Of a stretch of 64,000 nucleotides of DNA, positions 44,946-56,810 are shown piece after piece (the first letter of the stretch is position 1; each line of letters opens with the position of its first letter). Both the position numbers and the translations under genes were made by a program. Source of the stretch: Rebecca billardiae RCC1528 (taxonomy: Eukaryota > Protista > Haptophyta); NCBI GenBank assembly GCA_965240325.2, contig OZ251237.1, positions 1-64,000 of the forward strand, written 5' to 3'. The notes below the pieces were generated by a model. It saw nothing but the letters and a program-made list of their open reading frames with translations. It was not told where the DNA came from and ran no database searches.

Positions 44946-46794
44946 CTAAGCTCTGTACAGCGGCGGGTGCGCCAGGTGGAGCGGATCGAGGCTGTGCCGC
45001 ACGACAAGCTCCTTGCCGCGCTTCGCGTACGTGGCGCGCAGCTTCTCGAGCGCGACCGTGCCCGAGTAGTCGCTCGCCGGCCGGTCGAGCAGCAGCTCGA
45101 CGCTCGGCGGGTCGTCGTCCACGTCAAAGTGCGCGTGGAAGCGCATCGCGGTCGCAAAGAAGACGTCGCCCTTGGCGGTGTACTGCTTGGTGCCGTCCGG
45201 CAGCACGAGCGCGTCGAGCTCGAGCTGCTGCGACGCGCGCCAGGCATACCGCACCGCCGCGAGCACGACGCCGGCGAGCACGGCGTACACGAGGTTGGTC
45301 GCGACGGTGACGAGCGTGACCGCTGCCATGATCACCGCGTCGTACCGGTCGACGCCGAGCGGCAGCGCGCGCGCGCCCAGCCGCAGCTGCGCGCGCTGCT
45401 CGTCCGACGGTAGCAGCGCCGAGAGCATGTATGCGAGCGAGCCCCACCTGAACGTGTGGAAGACGACGACGAGCATCACGCCTGCGAGCGCCGAGACCGG
45501 GATGAGGTTGAGCAGCGGGTACGCGCCCACGATGCACACCATGATGCACAGCGCGGTCGTGACCGGCGCGATCCGGCCGGTGCCGCCGTTCAGCCCGTTG
45601 ATCGTCGAGAGGCCGATCATCGCGTTGCCGCCCATGCCTGCCGGGGGGCGCGCGCGCGCGGCGGGCGGGCGCATGAGCGCGGGCGGGCGCGTGGCGCGCG
45701 CGGGCGGGCGGGCGCGTGGCGCGCGCGCGCGCGGGCGTGCCGCGGCGCGCACCGCCGAGCGTCCCCGAGACGACGTTGGCCAGCCCCATCGACCAGACGA
45801 CCGCCGCCGAGTCTGCAGGCGTCTTCACGAGCTCGGTCACCACCTCTGTGGTGAGCAAAGACTCGATCACGCCGACGAGGCAGAGCATCACGCCCTGCTG
45901 CAGCACCGTGCTCAGCGCGTCCGGCGCCCACAGCCGGCTCAGGTCGTACTGCGGGTCGAGCATGAACGGCATCGGGAACACCGAGTCGCTGGTGAACTGC
46001 GCGACGTCCCCGATCGTGTCGGTGCGGAAGCCGAGCGGCCGGCCGAGTCCAAACTCGATCACGATCGAGCAGCCGATCGAAATGAGCGAGGAGGGTACGA
46101 GCCGCGCGTACGCGCACGGGATCTTGGGCACGTACTCCATCGTCACCATCGCGACGACCATGATGAACAGCATGAAGCCGAGCTCCGCGCCCGACTTCCA
46201 GTGCGCGTCGGGGCCATGCCCCTCGCGGAACGGGTGCAGCTGCGCGTTGCCGATCACGATCGCGAGCCCGTTGCAGAAGCCGACCATCACCGACTCCGGG
46301 ATGAGCGTGATGTACCGCGCGCCGCGAAGGAGCCAGACCAGCCCCATTAGCACGCCCGCGAGGATCACCGAGGGGAAGAGCAGCTCGATGCCCTCGCCGT
46401 TGCCGCCCGGCACGGACGGCGGCGGCAGGAAGGTTGCGATGATCGCGGCGAACGCGCCGGTCGCGCCGTTGATCATGCCGGGCCGCCCGCCGAAGACGCC
46501 GCAGATCAGGCCGACGACCCACGCGGCGTGCAGCGCGATCGGAGGCCGCACGTGCGCGAGGAACGCGAAAGCGACCGACTCCGGGACCTGCGCGAATGTG
46601 ATGATGATGCCCAGCAGGACCTCCGTCTTCACGTGGTGCGCTCGCTGCACGTTGGTCATCTCCGCCCACGGGATGGGGCCCTCCACGTGGGCCTGCTTGC
46701 CGGTGCCCGCACGCTTGAGGGCGTCCTCGCGCTTATCAGCGGGTGCCCGCTCGTTTTCCGCCGCGCGTTCAAGGTCGTCGGCGACTTCCGCCAT
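44946..46794 (-). CDS. SulP/SLC26 anion permease with short STAS domain, spliced
   Basis: QVPESVAFA, GGRPGMINGATGA, VMVGFCNGLAIVI, GVIESLLT, GGMGGNAMIGLS and GDVFFA (STAS). Intron 45638-45752. Confidence 0.93.
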
Positions 46795-47023
46795 GTTTGG
46801 GGCCGATTGTGGACGACTCACCACGACTTCCACTTCCCGGCGGCCGCGACCGTTCGTCAACGTTTCCTGGCTTCGCGCGAACTTTGAGAAGCGGACTGCC
46901 GAGCCGGACTTGACCCGGACGAGTGCGACGAGTGAATTACTCACGTACAGATGTACGTACTGTTCATTAGTGCTACTACTATGCGTCGTGTTATCATGCA
47001 TCTGTCAGCCGGCAGCTGCCCAG

Positions 47024-48931
47024 TCACTGCACGCGCTGGCGCTTGGCCGCACGCTCGTCCGCAAAATCGACGGCAAGCGTCTCCATCAGCTCGAACGCCT
47101 CCGCCGGGTCGTCGCGCTTGAAGGCCGACCACTGCTCCTGCTTCACGATCACAGCGATCTGCTCCTTCGCCAGCTTGCGCACGCCCTCCACCACACGCGC
47201 GCACCCGCCCGCTGCCTTGGCGTGCCGCAGCAGGTCGAGGCAGTTGTCCACGTCCAGCCCGGCGAGCAGCACGTCCTCGCACCGCTGCACGACGCCGAGC
47301 AGCACGTCGCCCTCCGCACGAGCGCGCGTGCCCTCCGAGTCTTCAGCGGGTGGCGGCTGCAGCTTGCTCGTCAGCCGCAGCAGCTCGAGCAGCACCGACG
47401 GCTCGGTCGGCAGCGGCGCCACGCCCGCCGAGTGCAGCTGGCGCAGCAGCGCCTCGTGCGCCGCCGAGCTGAAGTCCGGGTCGGCGTCCACCTCGCGCTG
47501 GCTGCCCTCAGACAGGCTGCCGCACAGCTGGCGCGCGTAGTACTGCGAGTGCTGCGCCAGCAGCAGCCGGCTCGCGCCCAGCTCGGTGCCGTCCGCGCAC
47601 CGCAGCACCACGTCGTGCTGCCGCGAGGGCTCGCCCACCGCGTCGCCCAGCGAGCACAGCCGCGCGTGCGCGCCGCGCAGCTCCGCATCGCTGTCGGACA
47701 GTCGCACGTGCGTTTCGCCCGCAGAGGCTAGCGCACGCCGACGCACATCCACGCTGCCGCACAGCAGAACCTCGAGGGCGCCCAGCGCGTGCTGCCGAGC
47801 CTCGCGAGCGCTCGCACCGCCGTCGGCATCACCCTCCACAGCAGCGCAGCTGTGCACCAGGCCTTGCAGCGCGCTGACCAGACCTGGCGTGCCGGCAATG
47901 GCAGCGCGCTGCGCGGTGCAGTGGGTGACGATGGTGCACACGGTGACAGCGGCATGCGCTGCGATCTCGCGTGATGCAGCCGAGCCGTCACGCACGCGCA
48001 GCAGCGGCACGAGGGCGTCACACCCGCAGTCAGCAATGAGCGCGGCGCGGCACTGCTCAGCCGCTTCCGTGCAGCGGCGGATGACGTTGGCTGCGTTGCG
48101 GACCACGTCGACGTTGGCCGAGCACAGCTGCGACGCGAGCTCGGGAATGGCGCCCGCCCCCGCAATCCGCGCGCACAGTGCGGAGCCAGTGGCGAGCCAG
48201 CTCAGCGTGCGTGTTGCTCCAAGGTGCACGCCCTCATTGGCCGATCTCAGCAGCGGCACGAGCGCCGTGATGGCGCCGGCCTCGGCGATCGGCGCGCGTA
48301 GCGAGTCTGCAACGCCGAGCCAGCCGAGCGCACCTGCCGCCTGGCGCTGCAGATCCTCGTTGGCCGAGCGCACCAGCGTCACGAGCGCAGGAATGGCGCC
48401 AGCCTCGGCGATCTGTGTGCGCAGCGTGTCGGTCTGGCCGAGCCAGCTGAGAGCCCATGCCGCCTCGCACTGCACGCCCTCATCGGCCGAGCGCAGCAGC
48501 GGCACGAGCCCCGGGATGGCGCCAGCCTCGGCGATCGGTGCGCGCAACACGTCCGTGTGGCCGAGCCAGCTGAGAGCCACTGCCGCAGGGCGCTGCACGA
48601 CCACATTGGCCGATCGCAGCAGCGGCACGAGCGGTGGAATGGCCCCAGCGTCCGCGAGCGCACTGCGCAAGTCCGGATGCACGCCGAGGCCCGCCACGGC
48701 ACGCGCCGCGGCGGCCTGCACGCCGGCAGTGCGATCGGGCGCGAGGAGCTGCACCAGCTCCGGCAGAGCCCGCGAGCCAATGATCACTCCCGCGTCAACG
48801 TCCTTCTCGCCATACTGGGCGCCAAACGGCTCGAGCGCGACGATCAGAGTCTGTGCTCTCGGCTTCTTGGGGCGCATGGCCTTGACCAGCTTTGCAATCG
48901 CCTCCTGCCCGACCGGCGTGATGGTGGCCAT
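47024..48931 (-). CDS. Armadillo-repeat + BTB/POZ protein, tandem copy 1
   Basis: 41-aa repeats AEAGAIPALVxLLRSA. BTB segment HDVVLRCADG.EL.ASRLLLAQHSQYY. Confidence 0.88.
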   Translation of the reverse strand: MATITPVGQEAIAKLVKAMRPKKPRAQTLIVALEPFGAQYGEKDVDAGVIIGSRALPELVQLLAPDRTAGVQAAAARAVAGLGVHPDLRSALADAGAIPPLVPLLRSANVVVQRPAAVALSWLGHTDVLRAPIAEAGAIPGLVPLLRSADEGVQCEAAWALSWLGQTDTLRTQIAEAGAIPALVTLVRSANEDLQRQAAGALGWLGVADSLRAPIAEAGAITALVPLLRSANEGVHLGATRTLSWLATGSALCARIAGAGAIPELASQLCSANVDVVRNAANVIRRCTEAAEQCRAALIADCGCDALVPLLRVRDGSAASREIAAHAAVTVCTIVTHCTAQRAAIAGTPGLVSALQGLVHSCAAVEGDADGGASAREARQHALGALEVLLCGSVDVRRRALASAGETHVRLSDSDAELRGAHARLCSLGDAVGEPSRQHDVVLRCADGTELGASRLLLAQHSQYYARQLCGSLSEGSQREVDADPDFSSAAHEALLRQLHSAGVAPLPTEPSVLLELLRLTSKLQPPPAEDSEGTRARAEGDVLLGVVQRCEDVLLAGLDVDNCLDLLRHAKAAGGCARVVEGVRKLAKEQIAVIVKQEQWSAFKRDDPAEAFELMETLAVDFADERAAKRQRVQ

Positions 48932-49178
48932 CGCAGCCACGCTGGCGTGAGTTCGGCGCGCAGTTGCGAGGCTCCGTCGTTGGGCCGTGTCCGGTCGTTC
49001 AGTTGGCGAGCGCTCCGGACTCCGAGGCGAAATTGCATGACCGCGTAGTACTAGTACTTCAATAGCATCGTCAGTCGTTTCAGTGTCACTGATCTCCGGA
49101 GAAGCAAACTAGCTAGTTACTGTGTGACAGTACTCAGTCACTCAGTCGTAGTCCGCCACGCGATTGGCAGTGACTCAC

Positions 49179-51350
49179 TCACTGCACGCGCTGGCGCTTG
49201 GCCGACGAGAGCTGCGTGGCCATGTCCACGGCCAGTGCCTCCAACAGCTCACACGCCTCCGCCGGGTCGTCGCGCTTGAACGCCGACCACTGCTCCTGCT
49301 TCACGATCACAGCGATCTGCTCCTTCGCCAGCTTGCGCACGCTCTGCACCACACGCGCGCACCCGCCCGCCGCCTTGGCGTGCCGCAGCAGGTCGAGGCA
49401 GTTGTCCACGTCCAGCCCGGCGAGCAGCACGTCCTCGCACCGCTGCACGACGCCGAGCAGCACGTCGCCCTCCGCACGAGCGCGCGTGCCCTCCGAGTCT
49501 TCAGCGGGTGGCGGCTGCAGCTTGCTCGCCAGCCGCAGCAGCTCGAGCAGCACTGACGGCTCGGTCGGCAGCGGCGCCACGCCCGCCGAGTGCAGCTGGC
49601 GCAGCAGCGCCTCGTGCGCCGCCGAGCTGAAGTCCGGGTCGGCGTCCACCTCGCGCTGGCTGCCCTCAGACAGGCTGCCGCACAGCTGGCGCGCGTAGTA
49701 CTGCGAGTGCTGCGCCAGCAGCAGCCGGCTCGCGCCCAGCTCGGTGCCGTCCGCGCACCGCAGCACCACGTCGTGCTGCCGCGAGGGCTCGCCCACCGCG
49801 TCGCCCAGCGAGCACAGCCGCGCGTGCGCGCCGCGCAGCTCCGCATCGCTGTCGGTCAGTCGCACGTGCGTCTCGCCCGCAGAGGCTAGCGCACGCCGAC
49901 GCACATCCACGCTGCCGCACAGCAGAACCTCGAGGGCGCCCAGCGCGTGCTGCCGAGCCTCGCGAGCGCTCGCGCCGCCGTCGGCATCGCCCTCCACAGC
50001 AGCGCAGCTGTGCACCAGGCCTTGCAGCGCGCTGACCAGACCGGGAGTGCCGGCGATGGCATCGCGCTGCATGGTGCATTGGGTGACGATGGTGCGCACG
50101 GTGGCCGCGGCATGCGCTGCGTTGTGGCGTGATGCGGCCGAGCCGTCACGCACGCGCAGCAGCGGCACGAGAGCGTCGCACCCGCCGTCAGCAATGAGCG
50201 CGGCGCGGCACCGCTTACTCGCTTCCGTGCAGCGGCGGATGGCGGTGGCTGCGCTGCGGACCACGTCGACGTTGGCCGAGGGCAGCAGCGACGCGAGCTC
50301 TGGAATGGCGCCCGCCTCCGCAATCTGTGCGCACAGTGCGGAGCCAGAGGCGAGCCAGCTCAGCGCACGTGTTGCTTCAAGGTGCACGCCCTCATTGGCC
50401 GAGCTCAGCAGCGGCACGAGCGCCGGGATGGCGCCGGCCTCGGCGATCGGCGTGCGCAGCGCATCCGTATGGCCGAGCCAGCTGAGCTCGATGGCAGCCT
50501 GGCGCTGCACGTCCTCGTTGGCTGAGACCAGCAGCGTCACGAGCGCAGGAATGGCGCCGGCCTCGGCAATCTGCGTGCGCAGCGCGTCGGTCTGGCCGAG
50601 CCAGGTGAGCGCGACTGCCGCCTCGCGCTGCACGGCCTCGTCGGCCGACCCCAGCAGCGACACGAGCGCCGGGATGGCGCCGGCGTCAGCGATCGGTGCG
50701 CGCAGCGCGTCAGCGCGGCCGAGCCAGTGCAGCGCGACTACTGCGTGACAATGCACGCCCTCGTCGGCAGAGCTCAGCAGCGACACTAGCGCCGGGATGG
50801 CCCCGGCCTCAGCGATCTGTGTGCGCAGCGCTTCCGTAGGGCAGAGCCACTTGAGAGCAATCGCCGCCTCGCGCTGCAGGTCCTCGTCGGCCGATTGCAG
50901 CAGCGTCACGAGCGCCGCAATGGCGTTAGTCTCGGCGATCTGCGAGCGCAGCGCGTCGGCACGGCAGAGCCAGCCGAGAGCCGCTGCCGCCTCGCGCTGC
51001 ACGGCCTCGTCGGCCGACCCCAGCAGCGACACGAGCGCAAGGATGGCGCCAGCGTCCGCGAGCGCACCGCGCAGGTCCTTGTGCACCGCGAGGCTCGTCA
51101 CGGCGTGCGCCGCGGCGATGTGCACGTCGGCAGCGCGATCCGGCGCCAGGAGGCGCACCAGCTCCGGCAGCGCCTGTGCGCGAATGATCGCGCCCGCGTC
51201 GATGTCCTTCTCGGCGCACGCGCCAAAGGGCTCGAGCGCCGCGACCAGTTTGCGCGTCTTCTGCTTCTTGGCGCGCAGTACCTTGACCAGCTTGGCGATC
51301 GCCTCGTGGCGAAGGGGCGTTGTTGGCGAGCAAAACGTCTCGTCCGTCAT
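49179..51350 (-). CDS. Armadillo-repeat + BTB/POZ protein, tandem copy 2
   Basis: Same architecture with two more ARM units. C-terminal ~290 aa nearly identical to copy 1. Confidence 0.88.
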   Translation of the reverse strand: MTDETFCSPTTPLRHEAIAKLVKVLRAKKQKTRKLVAALEPFGACAEKDIDAGAIIRAQALPELVRLLAPDRAADVHIAAAHAVTSLAVHKDLRGALADAGAILALVSLLGSADEAVQREAAAALGWLCRADALRSQIAETNAIAALVTLLQSADEDLQREAAIALKWLCPTEALRTQIAEAGAIPALVSLLSSADEGVHCHAVVALHWLGRADALRAPIADAGAIPALVSLLGSADEAVQREAAVALTWLGQTDALRTQIAEAGAIPALVTLLVSANEDVQRQAAIELSWLGHTDALRTPIAEAGAIPALVPLLSSANEGVHLEATRALSWLASGSALCAQIAEAGAIPELASLLPSANVDVVRSAATAIRRCTEASKRCRAALIADGGCDALVPLLRVRDGSAASRHNAAHAAATVRTIVTQCTMQRDAIAGTPGLVSALQGLVHSCAAVEGDADGGASAREARQHALGALEVLLCGSVDVRRRALASAGETHVRLTDSDAELRGAHARLCSLGDAVGEPSRQHDVVLRCADGTELGASRLLLAQHSQYYARQLCGSLSEGSQREVDADPDFSSAAHEALLRQLHSAGVAPLPTEPSVLLELLRLASKLQPPPAEDSEGTRARAEGDVLLGVVQRCEDVLLAGLDVDNCLDLLRHAKAAGGCARVVQSVRKLAKEQIAVIVKQEQWSAFKRDDPAEACELLEALAVDMATQLSSAKRQRVQ

Positions 51351-51543
51351 GACGCTTGGTGTCGTGGTCCTCGCGGCGGCGGCGGCGGCGGCGAAGCAGT
51401 ACTCCGTGAGACCGTTGACCACTTTCTTCAGGAGTGCCGCCCCCGCAGCGGCACCGGACCACACTGGCGGAGATCTCCGGACACCCTTCGTCCCGGCTCG
51501 AAGGGCTACTGGTCGCCCCGGCCGTGCCCAACGCGCGAACGGC

Positions 51544-54500
51544 ATGCCGAGCTTGCTGGAGCTCGGGTTTGCCAAGGCGGGCGCCGAGCCGCCGGCGGCG
51601 CGCGCGCCGAAGAAGCGCGTCATCGACGACGACGACGATTATGACGACGATGAGGCGAGTGGGATGCCGACCGCGACGAAGCGCCCCGCCGTCGTGGACT
51701 TGGCCGCCGCCGACGACGAGGGTGGCGGCGGCAGCGGCGGCGGCGCGCGCGCGCGCAACGGCGGCGGCCCCGGCTCGAGCGCGCGGCCCTCCCGCGCCGC
51801 GAGGCCGTCCAAGTCGTACGTCGACCCGGGCAGCGACGACGAGGACGACGATGAGGAGGACGAGTCGCCCAGCCCGGAGAGCGACAGCGACGGCTCCGAC
51901 TACGAGGAGCACGCAGGCAAGCCGCCCGCAGCGAAGCGGGCGAAAGTGAACGGCGGGGCCAAGCCGGCGGCCGCGCCGAAGCCCAAGGCGGCGCCGGCCA
52001 AGCAGCCCGCCAAGCCGAGCGCGGCCAAGGCGGCCAAGCCCAAGCCCAAGGCTGGCGGCGCCGCCGCCGCGGCGCCGCCGAGCACGCCCGCGCCGAGCGG
52101 CGGCGCCGGCGGCGCAGCGACGGCCGCCTCGCCCGGCAGCGGCACGAAGAAGCTGAGCAAGAAGTACCAGAAGCTCAGCCAGCGCGAGCACGTGCTCCAG
52201 CGGCCGGACACGTACATCGGCGCCGTCTCGCGCGCGCCGCGCAAGGTGTGGGTGATCGACGAGGGCGGCACCTCGATCCGGCTCGACGAGATCGACGTCT
52301 CGCCCGGCTTCCTCAAGATCGTCGACGAGGTGCTGGTGAACGCGATCGACCAGTCGTTCGTCGACGACCAGGTCCGCGCGATCAAGGTGAGCGTCGACGA
52401 GGCGAAGGGCGAGATCACCGTCTTCAACTCGGGGCGCGGCATCCCGGTCGCCATGCACGAGCAGCACAAGGTGTACATCCCCTCGCTCATCTTCGGCGAG
52501 TTCCTCTCGGGCGAGAACTTTGACGACACGAAGATCCGGTGCGCGCGCGCGCGCGGCTTTGGCGCGAGGGGGGCGCGTGGCGCCGCCGCCGCGCGCGCGC
52601 GCCGGCGCCGGGCGTGGGCTGGTCTGTCGGGCTCACGCGCGGCGCGTGCGCTCGGCATGCGCGCGCGCGCGCGCGCGCTCGCGCTCGCGCTCGCGCTCGC
52701 AGCTTCGTCGGCGGGCGCAACGGCATCGGCGCGAAGGCGGCGAACGTGTACTCGCGCAGCTTCTCGGTGGAGGTGCTCGACCCGAAGGGCAAGAAGAAGT
52801 TCAAGCAGACCTGGCGCGACAACATGAGCAAGCACGACGAGCCGCGCATCGGCAGCGCGGCCGACAGCGCCAAGGGGTACGTGCAGATCAAGTTCCGGCC
52901 GGACTTTGCGCGCTTCGGCATGGACGGCATCGACGCGCCGACGCTGGCGATGCTGCGCTCGCGCGTGTACGACGCGGCGGCGTGCACCAAGCCGAACGTG
53001 CGCGTCTCGTTCAACGGCAAGCCCATCGACATCTCGCGCTTCACCGACTACGCCGACCTCGTGCTCGGCAAGAAGGACGAGCGGCCGCGCGCGTACGAGA
53101 AGCTGCTCGACGCGGACGGCTTGACCGTGCGCGCCGAGATCATCGTGGCGCACTCGACGTCGGGCTCGATGCAGGCGGTGGGCTTCGTCAACGGGATCCG
53201 CTGCTCGCAGGGCGTGCACGTCGACGCGATCGCCAACGAGCTCGCCAAGCAGATCGCCGAGCGGCTCGCGAGCGGCAAGAACAAGGACCTCAAGATCAAG
53301 CCGTCGACCGTGAAGAACAACCTCGCGCTCGTGTGCCGCTTCCTCATCAACAACCCGAGCTTCGACTCGCAGACGAAGGAGCGGCTCAACTCGCCGATGC
53401 GCGAGTGGGGCTTCAAGCTCGCGCTCTCGCCCAAGTTCGTCAAGGACGTCGAGAAGACCGGCGTCGCCGACGCGGTGCTCGCCTTCTCCGACCTCAAGGA
53501 GCGGCAGGGGCTCTCAAAGGAGTCGAGCGTGCGGCGCGGCGGCGGGCGCGTGATGGTGGAGAAGCTCGACGACGCGCTGAACGCGGGGAAGCCGGGCTCG
53601 AACTGCACGCTGCTGCTCACCGAGGGCGACTCGGCCAAGGCGCTCGCCGTCGCCGGCGTCTCCGTCGTCGGCCGCGCCAACTACGGCATCTTCCCGCTGC
53701 GCGGCAAGCCGCTCAACACGCGCAAGGTGTCGGTCAAGAAGCTCAAGGAGAACGCGGAGATCGGCCACCTGATGAAGATCATCGGGCTCGAGTACGGCAA
53801 GACGTACGCGACGCAGCAGGCGCTCAGCACGCTGCGGTGCGTGCGTGCGCGCGCCGCCGCCGTGGAGGGCCGCGCCGCCGCGCCGCCCGCGCCGCGCGCG
53901 CGCGCTCAGCCGCGCCACCGCCACGCCGCCGCTGCCCCGCGGCCGCGCGGCCGCGCCGCGGCCGCGCGCGCACGCCGGCAGGTACAAGTCGATCACGATC
54001 TTCTCGGACCAGGACCTGGACGGCCACCACATCGCCGGGCTGATCATCAACCTGGTGCACTCGCAGTGGCCCTCGATCCTGCAGCTGCGCCCGGACTTCA
54101 TCAAGCGCTTCGCAACGCCCATCATCAAGGTGTGCCGCACCCGCACCCGTCGACCGCGCCCGCGCCGCCGCAGCGCCGCGCCGCGCCGCGCCGCGCCGCG
54201 CGGCGCCGCGCGAGCCGGACGGTTGGCTGCCCGCTCACGCGCGGCGGCGCCCGCGGCGCGCGCGCGCGCGCGCGTGCGGGCGCGCAGGTGAGCAAGGCGG
54301 GCGGCGAGCAGGGCTTCTTCACCACGCAGGAGTTCCGCGAGTGGGAGGACGCGCAGCGCGCCGTGGGCGGGCTCACCGGGTACAAGGTCAAGTACCTCAA
54401 GGGCCTCGGCTCGTCCAACAACCTCGACGCGAAGAAGTACTTCTCAAACGTGCGCGCGGCCGCGCGCGCGCGCGGAGAGCGGCGCCCGCCCCCGCCGCGC

Positions 54501-56590
54501 CGCGCCGCCGCTGAGCCGATCCGAGCCGCGCCCGCCCCCAACCAACGCGCCCCGTCCGCGGCGCCGCGCACGCGCTCTTGCAGCTGGACGAGCACGTGGT
54601 CGTGCTGCGCCGCTCGGGGACGACGTGCGACGAGGCGATCATCACGGCGTTCGACCCGGACAAGGCGGACGCGCGCAAGACCTGGCTGAAGCAGCGGTAC
54701 GACCCGGACTCGTACATCGACTACGGCGTGCCCGAGGTGCCGATGTCCGACTTCTTCGACAAGGAGTTCATCCACTTCTCCGTGTACGACAACGCGCGCT
54801 CGATCCCGTCCATCCTCGACGGCTTCAAGCCGACGCAGCGCAAGGTGATGCACGTCTTCCTCAAGCGCAAGCTGCGGCACGACGTGAAGGTGAGCCAGAT
54901 CGGCGGCGGCATCGCCGAGGCGACGGGGTACCACCACGGCGAGACCTCGCTCGTCGAGACGATCGTCGGGATGGCGCAGGAGCACGTGGGCACCAACAAC
55001 ATCAACCTGCTCAAGCCGGAGGGGCAGTTTGGCTCGAGGCTCGCCAAGCCGTCGGTGCACGCGCAGCCGCGGTACATCTTCACCTCGCTCGAGCCGATCT
55101 CGGGGCTCATCTTCCGCGCGGAGGACGAGGCGCTCCTCAAGCTCAAGGTGGAGGAGGGCCAGACGATCGAGCCGGAGAACTTTTTGCCCACGCTGCCGCT
55201 CGTGCTCGTGAACGGCGCCGCGGGGATCGGCACGGGCTGGATGACCGACGTGCCGTGCTACCACCCCTTGCAGCTGATCGAGGCGCTCGAGGGGCTGCTG
55301 GACGCGGCGGCGGCGGGCACGCTCGCGCCGGTGGGCGCGGAGGAGGACGAGGCGGCGGACGCGCTGTGGTCCGAGCTCGTCGCCGCGGACGGCGCCGCTC
55401 CCAAGCCCGCCGACGCGCCCGCCGCCTCGGCGATGGACGTGGACGGCTTCGACGACGACGTCGACCTCGACCTGACGAGGGAGGACGACGGGCGGGAGGG
55501 CGCGGGGCCGGGCAGCGCGGCGGCGGGGGCGGAGGCGGGCGCGCCGGGCGCGGCGCCGGGCGCGCGCGCCGCGGGCGGCCTCGTGCCGTGGTACGACGGC
55601 TTCCGCGGGCGCATCGTCGCGGAGGGCTCGGAGGGCAAGACGTTCACCGCGCACGGCGAGTGGAGCGTGCGGCGCGCGGACGCGGGCGCGGACGACGTGG
55701 ACACGGTGGAGATCACCGAGCTGCCGGTCGGCCGGTGGACCGACGACTTCGTCGCCGAGCTCATGCGCAAGCACGTGATCGGCGCGGAGAAGGCGGCGAA
55801 GGAGGCGTTCGTCAAGTCGTTTGACAACCTCTCGACCGAGTCGCGCGTGCACATCGTGCTGCACTGCGAGCCCGCGCTGCTGCGCGCGACGCTCGACGCG
55901 CCGGGCGGGCTGGCGAAGGCGCTCAAGCTGACGACGCCGCTGCGCACGACCAACATGTTCCTCTTCGACGAGACGCGCCGGCTGCGCCGCTTCCGCTCCC
56001 CCGAGCACATCCTGCGCCACTTCTTCGAGTGGCGCCGGCCGTGGTACGCCGCGCGCCACCGCCACCTCGACGCGCAGCTCAGCGCGCGCATCGAGCTGCT
56101 CGCCAACCAGGCGGCGTTCATCGACAAGATGAGCGACGGCTCGCTGCAGCTGCACGGCAAGCCGAGGCCGCAGATCGAGGCCGAGCTCGAGGCGGCGGGG
56201 CTCAAGCGGCTGGGCAAGGACGGCGCCGCTGACGCTGCCGACGGGCCAGCCGACGCGCCGGCCGACGCGCCGGCCGGCGCCAAGGCCGCCAAGCCGCCGT
56301 CGTTCGACTACCTGCTGCACATGCAGTTTGTGTCGCTCACGCGCGACAAGTGCGAGCAGCTGCGCGCCGAGATCGCCGCGTCCGAGGCCAAGCTCGCCGA
56401 GCTGCGCGCGCGCACGCCGCTCGACCTCTGGCGCGCCGACCTTGCCGAGCTCCGAGACGCGTACACCGAGTTCGCCGCCACGCGCGCCAAACGCAGCGCT
56501 GCGTACGACAAGCTCAAGGCGGAGGGCGGGCTGAAGGGCATCAAGACGAAGAAGAGCGGCACGGCGCGCAAGCGCCCCGCTGCGCACTGA
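51544..56590 (+). CDS. TOP2: DNA topoisomerase II (type IIA), spliced
   Basis: EHVLQRPDTYIG, KIVDEVLVNA, GGRNGIGAK, LTEGDSAKA, PLRGK, DQDLDG, YLKGLG, RSIPSILDGFKP, YHHGE and PRYIFT. Introns at about 52539-52702, 53836-53981, 54130-54287 and 54450-54583. Confidence 0.95.
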
Positions 56591-56810
56591 GGGCCGGCGG
56601 AGAGCGTGGCCTCGTCCGGGCAGCGCAGCCGTCGGTGGCTAGTCAACGGCAACGTCGCATGTGCATCACTGCACCGCTGATGAGGCACCGGACCGTCCGC
56701 CTAGCTGCTCGGCGTCGGCGTCGGCGCGGTCTCGTCATCATCAGCAGCATAGGTATAGGCAGGCGGTAGGCGCTGCTGTCAGAGTATATATATACCGCGC
56801 CGTCACTTAT

